The translations under genes and the position numbers were made by a program. This document shows, one piece after another, positions 55,409 to 64,000 of a DNA stretch of 64,000 nt. The notes below the pieces were generated by a model, which saw only the letters and a list, made by a program, of their open reading frames with translations, did not search any database and was not told where the DNA came from. Position 1 is the stretch's first letter. Each line of letters starts with the position of its first letter. Location: the NCBI RefSeq assembly GCF_964204645.1, contig NC_134026.1, forward strand, positions 14,010,050-14,074,049. The letters are read 5' to 3'. The stretch is from Tubulanus polymorphus. Lineage: Eukaryota > Animalia > Nemertea.

Positions 55409-55912
55409 TGTAACCGGCTGGTTGTTGTATCGGCAGGCTGGCTGGGGAACTAGCATTTACACCAGCGGTACAGGATTCCATCCATCAGGAACAACAAGGC
55501 AGTTAAACCTTATATGTACAATCTTTATTGCATCCCGGAATGAGAATGATTATCAAAGCTTTACATAGTCTTTATATACAGAATCATGAGTATAATGTGA
55601 GAACTAGGTGTCAGACAAGTTGTAGACATCAGGACGCACAAATAAACACCTAGCGACATGTTTGAGAGACATTAATTAATTATCGATGAGCACTGACTAT
55701 AGCTAATTATCGTGAAAACATGTTGAGTAATGTCACATGTTGATTACGACCTTAAAGCACATATTGACACTATAGTCATAAGTTATATTATATTATTATT
55801 ATTATTATTATTATTAATAATATGTAGTAGAGCTATGAAATGTTATGAACTGTTCGATATGACATTGTAGATCTATATGATAATGAAATATGCAAATTAT
55901 ATCAGGGTGACA
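55409..55912 (-). repeat. Putative 3' LTR
   Basis: TGTAACC...GGTGACA ends; AATAAA on the minus strand at ~55523-55528. Confidence 0.7.
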
Positions 55913-56787
55913 GATGCCCCATGTCCAATTAAATTTGGTCCTCCAAATTTGCGGAAAACGCAGATACTATAAGTTCATCAAAACTCCTTCCATCGCGAAA
56001 ACATGAAAGATTGACTTTCACCGCGCAAAAATGTGCAAACGCTGGACAGTAACATCCGGATTATCAGTCATTCACGAAAGAGTCACATGTTGTCGTTATA
56101 TACGGACGATGCGATGATACGTTAACTGTAATTTTGAATGATCTGCAAACGATCCCCGAATTCTGGTTGGTTCTGCGACGAACAGAAGTAGCGACGTGTT
56201 GTGTTGTTATAGCGTCCCGAAGATCAGTTGGTGATGCAAGTTGCAAGTAGTACGCATTTCTCTGTTTTGAAGATCTTTCGATTACTGACTGGAAATAACT
56301 TCGTGACACAATGATAGTAACATGCAACATTTGACATCAGAGCAGAGTTCAGGCAATGACACAACACAAATACAGTTACCTTTATCAGCCAAAAGGAAAA
56401 AATTATCATCATCCAAAATAAGTGGTCAGAAGTAAATAAAGAATAACCATAGTAATTGAGCAAAGATGACACCACCAGCATAACTGAACTGTTTTAACAC
56501 CTATCATCGCAGTCTCAATTAATCCACGTTATATTATATCATTGATAAATTCATACCGTACCGTACACTCATCTCAGTTATGTCTCGTATTAGATTTACA
56601 ATGACGTTATTTGCGTGTTTTCTACGAAAGATTTCATGCACTCTACTTAAAATGACTAGTATATATTAATTGAACGTATGAACTATCCGATCTTTGAACC
56701 GTTCAGGGCGTAAATAAACTGAAAATATACGTACGAGTAATAAGCTGATCAATTCATCGTTGATATCCATATGATATCCTGGAAAGC

Positions 56788-57333
56788 TTAAGAAAACCTA
56801 CTGTAGCTACTACTGAGTTTCGAAGAAATAGATTTTAAACGAGAAGCGTACTGACTTTGTGTGCCAGGAGGTGTTTCATACCAAGGCCGCCATGCAGGGG
56901 GAGCGAACCGCCCAAATAAAACATAGTATTCTAAGACTCCCTGGTCGTTGAAACGTGTTGATACGGCTCGAGCGGCAGTAGGTATAATGTTTTTGAGCTC
57001 GGTTTCGGTGGGAGGCCTTTCATTTTCCAAGATGACATGATATATACCCCATACATGTTCAAGACTCTCTCCGTAATCACTTACTTCAAACCAATCTCGT
57101 TTTGATGCCCGGTACCATGGACTGTCATGGTAATATTTTACGAATAGCACATTATTTTGAAATTTGGTAGCAACAACCGTTTTTCCTGTAGGGCACGGAC
57201 ATAATGCTCGACGATTTCCCGTCCGAATAGCTTCTTCGATAGCTTCTTCGATTACTTGAATCTGAACTACTCTTAACGCTATCCTGATTCGTATGATCTT
57301 GGTGAGTTTACGATCGAGCTGAACAATATACAC
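56788..57333 (-). CDS. Extra Gypsy ORF or frameshifted pol extension, unknown function
   Basis: 181-aa ORF overlapping the end of pol; aromatic-rich segments. Confidence 0.5.
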   Translation of the reverse strand: MYIVQLDRKLTKIIRIRIALRVVQIQVIEEAIEEAIRTGNRRALCPCPTGKTVVATKFQNNVLFVKYYHDSPWYRASKRDWFEVSDYGESLEHVWGIYHVILENERPPTETELKNIIPTAARAVSTRFNDQGVLEYYVLFGRFAPPAWRPWYETPPGTQSQYASRLKSISSKLSSSYSRFS

Positions 57334-60300
57334 TATTTACATTCTCATTATTTGATGAGTCTTCATTAGACATCTGATTATCAAATTCCTGGAAGCGATC
57401 ATTAGTAACATATACACCCTGTATTACGGTTCCATTTAATTTTCTTCTAGGTTTTTCACGTATCTCTACTTCACTATCCTGACATCTATCTCTATTTGTG
57501 ATTATAATATTCGCTACGTCATTCTCGTTTTCATTTCGATCGTTTTGATGTCCCTGATTATTATCAGAATTGTCTGTAATGCGATCAAAAAACTTACTTT
57601 TGCAAGGTTTCTTACGTTTTTTGCCTGATGCCGCATAGTTTTCGTGAAAGTGTCGAATTAGTTTATTTGGGATCCATTTTCCTAATTCCCAAGAATTTCC
57701 ACGATTTAAATCTGACTTCCATTTTACGCGATATTTACATAAACCACTTTCTAGTTTGTACTGTAGAATTTTCTGAATATCTGATTCATTGAAAGTCTCA
57801 GTAACTACCGGTCTATCTTTGTTATCGTCAGCCGAAATTTGAGTGTCAGTTGGAGTATCAGCTAAATTGCTAGGTTTATATTTTAAGCGCCCATGAATCT
57901 CGTCGAATAATTCAGGGTTTTCCTCAGCTGTTGAACCATCCCATGCGACCTCTTCATAATTTGGACGCGATGAGGGATCTTTGTATAACTTAAGACGGTT
58001 CCCATTGACATGCGATGGGAGTAAAACGTTATCAGAGATTCTTCGTAATTGATAAGCCCCTTTACTAGCTATTGACTGAATGAAATAGGGACCTACGTAT
58101 TTTTTACACAGTTTTGGTGATTTTCCTTTCTTAACTTTCATGACTTTTAGCCAAACGCGATCAGTAATCTGAAACTGAGGTTTTAATGCCTTTTTATCGA
58201 ACTGAGTTTTATACTTATTTTGAGCTCTTTTAATATTCTCGTTAGCGATATTTCGTGATATGACCAGCTGCCTTAATATATGTGATAAGTATGCCTTATG
58301 ATCAGTAGCTAACGAATGCCGTGGAATTAAAGCCGTGTCTATTGGTAGACGCATTTCTTGACCAAATGACATGTGGTAAGGGCTAAAACCTGAACCTTCA
58401 GTTGAAGGAACATGCCTATAACTCATCATTACACTTGGCATTAGTGTATCCCAATTAGTCTGATCCTGGTTACAATACGATAATGAATCATGGTAAGCTT
58501 TCAATATTTCCGACCGTAATGACCTAGGAACTTCAAGAACTGGGATGACCTTCTCGGCTTTAGGAATACCAGTAACTCTAGGCGTATACAAATAATATAA
58601 CGTGCCATCGATAATACCATATTGGTCGGCCCTCCAACTGAGCTTTCGAAACAGTTTTTCATCGTTGACAGCATATGATGGATCTAACTTATGTTCCAAC
58701 ATGTGACAAACTTCAGGGCAATTCCGCTGTAACTGAGTTATATTAGCAGGTTTAATCAGTTCAATCTCCTTATAAGTATCAGGAGTTAACTCAGCCACCA
58801 CGGGGCTAGTATAATCAAACACGACTTCATAAGACTGAGATCCATTTGTCATTGCTGTGAAAACAGTTTCTTGTGAAGGATCATCAGGTCTAGGAGGAGG
58901 AGGTTTATCATAATCTCGTCTACTTAAACCGTCGCAATTGCCATTTTTCTTACCCGGTCGGTGTTCAACAGAAAAATTATATGCTTGAAGAGCCAATTCC
59001 CAACGTCCTATACGTTTGTTTAGTCGGTTTTCATGAATATACGTTAAACTTTTGCTATCAGTATACACAGTGAATTCATTTCCAATCAGGTAGGGATGAA
59101 AATTCTGAATTCCTTCAATCAAAGCTAATCCTTCCTTATCACTAATATGCCATTTCTTTTCGTTTACACGTAACGCGCGACCACCATATCCGATAACATG
59201 TTCTAAATTATTCTTTTTCTGAGACAAAACGTAACCAATAGCATAGTCCGAAGAGTCAACTGAGAGATAGAAACGAGAATTGAAATCAGGGAATATCAGA
59301 ATTGGATCACTAGTTAATTCCTGTTTAAGCGTATCAAAAGCTTTTTGACAATCAGGGGTCCATTTGAACTTCACATCTTTACAGTTCAAAGCATTCAAGG
59401 GAGAAACTATTGATGCATAATTTTGAATGAATTTCCTGTAAAAATTTGTCAACCCTAGAAAACTTCGTAATTGTTTGACATTGGACGGAACTGGAAAGCT
59501 GTTAACCTTTTCGATGTTCTTTTTACAAGTACGAAGACCCTCAGCAGATAAGGTATAACCCAGATATTCAATTTCTGGGACTGCAAATTCACACTTAGTC
59601 GGTTTGGCAGTTAGACCGGCTTGTTTAAGCTTCTCAAAAACATTTGATAAATGAACTAGGTGACTGTCAAAATCTTGAGAGAATATGATTAGATCATCAA
59701 TGAAACACAATACATATTGCCAATTCAAATGACCTAAACATTTTGACATAAGCATCTGAAAAGCCATAGGACCATTCTTAATTCCCATCGGCATTCTTTT
59801 GAAGCACATTTTGCCTTGTGTCGTTTGAAAAGCTGTTTTATGACGCGATTCTTCATGTAACGGTATCTGGTGAAATCCTGAATTAAGATCTAATTTACTA
59901 AATATCATGGGTTTAGCATCGGCTATAGTGTCAAATACATCATCAAAATGAGGTAGTGGAAATGATTGCGTTACGGTCTTCGAATTCAGTTTTCTAAAAT
60001 CAATAGTAAACCTATACGTATTGTCTGGTTTTCTGACCAAAACCACAGGATTATTGAAAACAGAATCAGTTGGTTCAATAAGATCGGCATCTAACAGTTC
60101 GTTAACCAAGTCGTTTTCTACCTGTCTCAAGTGTGGACTTTTGCGATAAGGTCTTTGAATTATAGGGTCGTCATCAGTTGTTTCTATCTTATGGGTAACT
60201 AATGAAGTTTTGCCGATTTCCTGTAAGTTACTAGCAAATATTGACCTATTACATCCAATTAAATACATTAATCTCTCTTTTTGTTCCAGAGTCAATCCTG

Positions 60301-61135
60301 AGTTTTCTGGAATTTTTATGCCTAAATTTTCCGCTATTTTAATTTTTTCATCATAATTCCGTGGTATATCAGTATCAACGGAGAAAATGTTTGCACTAGT
60401 ATTGTCATCTGCGAAATCGAAACAATCATCGTCAGTTACATTGTATGCAAATCCAAGCACATAATCTTTTGAAATTTGAATCGGTTCATTAGTAGGATTC
60501 ACAATAGTAGCGAAAATTTTACCGTCCGTGATTTTGCATAATGTTTTACCTCCACCTAAACATTTATTCAATAACTTGTGGTTGTATGGTTCAAAAACAA
60601 CCAATGAACCTTCCGCCAACGTATCTACACTTATTTGAACTATTTGTTTAGTATTTGGTGAAATAACTATGCTGTTAATCGTTTTAGCTTTATTTCTGTA
60701 CAGCTCTTGTTTATTCCTAAGAATCTTTAATGGAATCGAAACATCTTTAAATTCAATTGTGCCTGATGCAAGGTCAATGTTTACATTGTTTTCCTTCAAA
60801 AAAATCCAGTCCTAGAATGACATCTGTATGTAGCCTATCGAATACATAAAACTTATGTGTTAATACATGAGATTGAATGCAAATGGGTACATCAATTCTA
60901 CCAATTACTGAATGTGCTTCCCCACAAACTCCTCTAATAATGTTTATATCCGAATGACTATATATGGGATTTTTGATACATCCTTCGACCGTTGATCTAG
61001 CAATACATGAAATTGATGCACCTGCATCGACTAATGCTCGTTGGGAGTGTTTATTAATATCAACGTTTATAATATTCCGATTCAACCCTGAAACTAAGCT
61101 TATATCAACCGCATTGATATCAGGTACCCATAATC
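57308..61135 (-). pseudogene. Gypsy pol with internally deleted integrase
   Basis: 1163-aa ORF plus a frameshifted protease fragment; YHDSL runs directly into YCNQDQTNWD. Confidence 0.9.
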
Positions 61136-61147
61136 GAGATGAAGCTG

Positions 61148-61240
61148 CATGATGAATATATGAATAAATTAAAGAATAATAAAGGTTCAAAATTATTACT
61201 GAGATTACAATTTCCATATGAATATAAATTTATAAAATAA
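61148..61240 (+). pseudogene. 3' remnant of packaging ATPase
   Basis: Near-identical to 4438-4530. Confidence 0.9.
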
Positions 61241-61354
61241 CTATTTATATATCTATATATCTATTCTATAAGAGCTTACACTTTTATATTGAATAATCTG
61301 TCAATTTAAATGTTATTCATGTAAATTATGTTATATATATATGAATATTTTAAG

Positions 61355-61543
61355 AGTAATATGGATAATAGGCTTTCAGGTTAAAGGTTGAAGGGGCGAG
61401 TGAGTAAAAAATGAAAATAACAATAATTTACAGTTGAATTAGGAGTGTGCGCGACTAATTCAACTGTAAATTATTGTTATTTTCATTTTTTTACGAGCTC
61501 GACCCTTCGACCTTTGATCTGAAAGCCTATTATCCCTATTACT
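61355..61543. repeat. Terminal fold-back hairpin of copy B
   Basis: 189-bp imperfect palindrome, AGTAAT...ATTACT. Confidence 0.92.
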
Positions 61544-61639
61544 GTGGTTCAGCAAACCGGAGTTTTCATTGGCCTCTCTAGACTACCCCGCCAGTACGGG
61601 TAGCCGAGCAAACCGGAAAACTCATAATGAGGAGGTCCT

Positions 61640-62042
61640 CAAGTGAGGGTAAATTCAGAACCATTATGTCAACTAGGTACAGATGGCGTATAGCCTTGGG
61701 AAATTTATAAAGGCTTCTTGCTAGATTCAGCTATGTGTATGTATATGATATGATATGACGTTGTTTACTGAATCAGATTTTTTACTTGTACATAACCTAC
61801 TCATATGAACCGTCTCGGAATATTGAATACTAGTCATAAGTATAGAGAAACTAGTGTATCTGCGTATAGAGAAACTAGTGTATCTGCCTATCTTATCATG
61901 TTTGTATATAGACTGCTATAAATTTTATCTGGTTTTGATATATACTATACATGTATTCTTCTTTGTTTTCCTCTTTATTGTAAAAAGCCAATAATGTCAT
62001 TTGTATATTACGGTGCAATAAAGATTAAATTGAAATTGAATT
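61640..62042 (+). mobile_element. 3' fragment of RTEX-like LINE
   Basis: KFRTIMS...ALGKFI resembles the ORF2 C-terminus KFKIIMCS...ALGKF; ends AATAAAG...ATTGAAATTGAA. Confidence 0.55.
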
Positions 62043-62117
62043 ATCCCGAATGTCGTCTGAGGTCTTCCATAGGAATAAAGTGGAAATAAGTTCGTATCAA
62101 TTCTATCCGATTAATAC

Positions 62118-63104
62118 GGTCGTCATTAGTTCCAAGACGAGTTTGTCGATGACGTCATATATAAATAATAACATAACCACGTGCGTCCTGGTACGCGCTC
62201 TTATCTGTTAGAGCAGTTGGAAATGTCTATTTCAACTTGACTTGAGAGAGAGCATCAGACGGTGGCCTAGTTCAGTCGGGCTTGATAGTAAATACCTGAT
62301 AAAAAGTCTGATCAGGGCCCGGTTTCACGAAACAGTTTAAGCCTAAAACAGTTATGTTTTAATTGTTGTCCTCATTGAAAACATGAAGTAACCAATGGCA
62401 ATTACACCAAAAATTTGAGTTGAACTTGTTTGTGAAACTGGGCCCAGGGTTAAGGACTGGCAGTTGACCTAAAACATCGTTTTTTAATCCATTCTTTACT
62501 GTGAAGGATTGCAAAAGACATGTCGGTCTGAATCGAACTCTACTGAGAAGGCTTATCTGAGAAGAAAAATAATAGAATGTTTTGTTTCGTGTTTTATGTT
62601 GTTTTTTTCTGAAATCTCTTATGATAAGCTATCAGTTAGTTCATACTACTGAAATAGGGCAGGGTTTCGAATTTTCAGTAGACCCAGTTTCACATATCAT
62701 ACTAAATTTAAGACGAATTGAAGAACTTTGAACTATTCTATGATTCTGGCTATTGTTGAATGGGTATCTAAAAACACATCAATAGTCTACTAGCAAGAGT
62801 TATTTGATTTTATCATTATAAGTCTTGCAAGAAAATAAACATTACTACTTCTACGCAAGTAAATAATTCATTTTGTTTATTTACAAACTAGTGGTTATTC
62901 GTTTTTGAATAATGTTGAACAAAGAATCATCAAAAGATGATAACGAAGGAAAAGATTGCGGCAATTTGTTTATGATCATACAATTCGGCGCACAGAATTG
63001 GTTGAATAAAGTCTTTGTATTTAAGTCTGTTCCTCACGCACGTGGTTATGTTATTATTTACCAATGACGTCATCGACAAACTCGTCTTGGAACTAATGAC
63101 GACC
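62118..63104. mobile_element. Non-autonomous Mutator-like element
   Basis: ~68-bp TIRs beginning GGTCGTCATTAGTTCC; 9-bp TSD GATTAATAC at 62109-62117 and 63105-63113. Confidence 0.9.
62316..62444. mobile_element. Harbinger-like MITE nested in the Mutator-like element
   Basis: GGCCCGGTTTCAC / GTGAAACTGGGCC TIRs with CAG on both flanks. Confidence 0.65.
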
Positions 63105-63160
63105 GATTAATACCGTCCGGGTCGTTGTCCGCATGTCAACACCTCTAAGCCTTCTCCAAG

Positions 63161-64000
63161 ATGGCGATGCCGCTTTGGAGTTTCTGTCGCATTCTCATGC
63201 TTTACTATGTGTTATGCTTAATTAACATCACATTTGCATCGAATTCAAGTGCTGTCGTAAATGGTTTTCGAGCCGAAGATTCGTCTTTCTCAAATATGGT
63301 GGATGGCACTTTGTATATCTTCGCTGGTCAGGACGTTCCATTGAGACTTTTTGGCTCTGGTTTCTCGGCAGCTACCGAAGTGGCATTTACTACTGCTGCG
63401 CCTGGTAGCTCTTCGAACGACTGCACGGATATGGCTAAATCTAGGACCTATATGTTTTCACCAGATGGGTTAACCTCAGTTTCCGCTAAAGTAGAGGTAA
63501 ATTTACCGCATCTTCAGCCGACCTTTAACCAGGAAAATTATTATGTGTGCATTAAACAGACTGTGGAAAGCATTTTAGGCCAGCGACGTGAGATTTGGAT
63601 TCATCAAGGTGTCGAAAACTGGGTCACATTTAAAACTAAAGTACCAGAAGAAAAAAAGAGCTTATTGCCGATGTGGCTACAAGGGATAATTATCTCTATT
63701 CTGCTTTGTCTGTCTGGCTTGTTCAGTGGTTTGAATTTAGGTTTAATGGCGTTGGATAAAACAGAGTTGAAGATTATTGAGCGATGCGGCTCCAGCTCTG
63801 AGAAACGCTATGCGAAAGTTATTGCGCCGTTGCGCAAGCGTGGAAATTTTTTATTGTGCTCATTGTTGTTAGGAAATGTTCTAGTAAATAATACATTAAC
63901 TATTTTACTTGATGATTTAACTAGTGGTATGGTTGCTATTATCGGCGCAACTTTCGGCATTGTTGTTTTTGGCGAAATAATTCCTCAAGCAGTGTGCTCG
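63161..64000 (+). CDS. CNNM: CNNM-family metal (Mg2+) transporter, first coding exon, runs off the window
   Basis: My translation gives a signal peptide and extracellular domain, then [16 protein letters not shown]...[16 protein letters not shown]...[15 protein letters not shown] (DUF21). Not in the ORF track because no stop falls in the window. Confidence 0.96.
   Translation, partial: MAMPLWSFCRILMLYYVLCLINITFASNSSAVVNGFRAEDSSFSNMVDGTLYIFAGQDVPLRLFGSGFSAATEVAFTTAAPGSSSNDCTDMAKSRTYMFSPDGLTSVSAKVEVNLPHLQPTFNQENYYVCIKQTVESILGQRREIWIHQGVENWVTFKTKVPEEKKSLLPMWLQGIIISILLCLSGLFSGLNLGLMALDKTELKIIERCGSSSEKRYAKVIAPLRKRGNFLLCSLLLGNVLVNNTLTILLDDLTSGMVAIIGATFGIVVFGEIIPQAVCS

Larger units (their letters stand above)
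55409..61147 (-). mobile_element. 5'-truncated Gypsy retrotransposon with chromodomain-like integrase tail
   Basis: Protease VDAGAS, RT FIDD, RNase H, GPY; 3' LTR present; gag and 5' LTR lost along with adjacent Polinton sequence. Confidence 0.92.
41589..61543 (+). mobile_element. Polinton/Maverick-like endogenous virus, copy B
   Basis: 41589-41625 is the exact reverse complement of 61507-61543; AGT...ACT ends; 6-bp TSD GTGGTT at 41583-41588 and 61544-61549. Confidence 0.96.

Noticed and set aside
61840-61887. 24-bp tandem duplication
   Set aside because: Ordinary local slippage duplication.

Overview
AT-rich animal (invertebrate-type) genomic window that is almost entirely a nest of mobile elements, ending in the first coding exon of a host CNNM-family Mg2+/metal transporter (63161 to window end). 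It holds two decayed, related copies of a Polinton/Maverick (adintovirus-like) endogenous virus. Copy B (41589-61543) is delimited by 37-bp terminal inverted repeats and a 6-bp target-site duplication (GTGGTT). Copy A (~925-29076) has only one terminus visible and is broken by a ~12-kb stack of insertions. Between them the copies encode a protein-primed PolB, rve integrase with chromodomain, A32-like ATPase, putative major and minor capsid proteins, an HNH nuclease and several membrane proteins; I found no adenain protease. Also present are two Gypsy LTR retrotransposons, an RTEX-like LINE, two non-autonomous Mutator-like elements with 9-bp TSDs, MITEs and a SINE head. The most interesting signals are: (1) nearly all viral genes start at TAAATG, often behind a T-tract, which resembles poxvirus late promoters and suggests dependence on a cytoplasmic large-DNA helper virus; (2) the element ends are 150-190-bp fold-back hairpins with covarying arms; (3) twin palindromes in opposite orientation sit where the convergent gene blocks meet; (4) a 24-bp GC-rich palindrome is found in-frame in different genes of the two copies; (5) the LINE ORF1 starts with an HPD-motif J-domain. 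All calls are by eye from motifs and internal comparisons; no database searches were run, and coordinates marked ~ are approximate.
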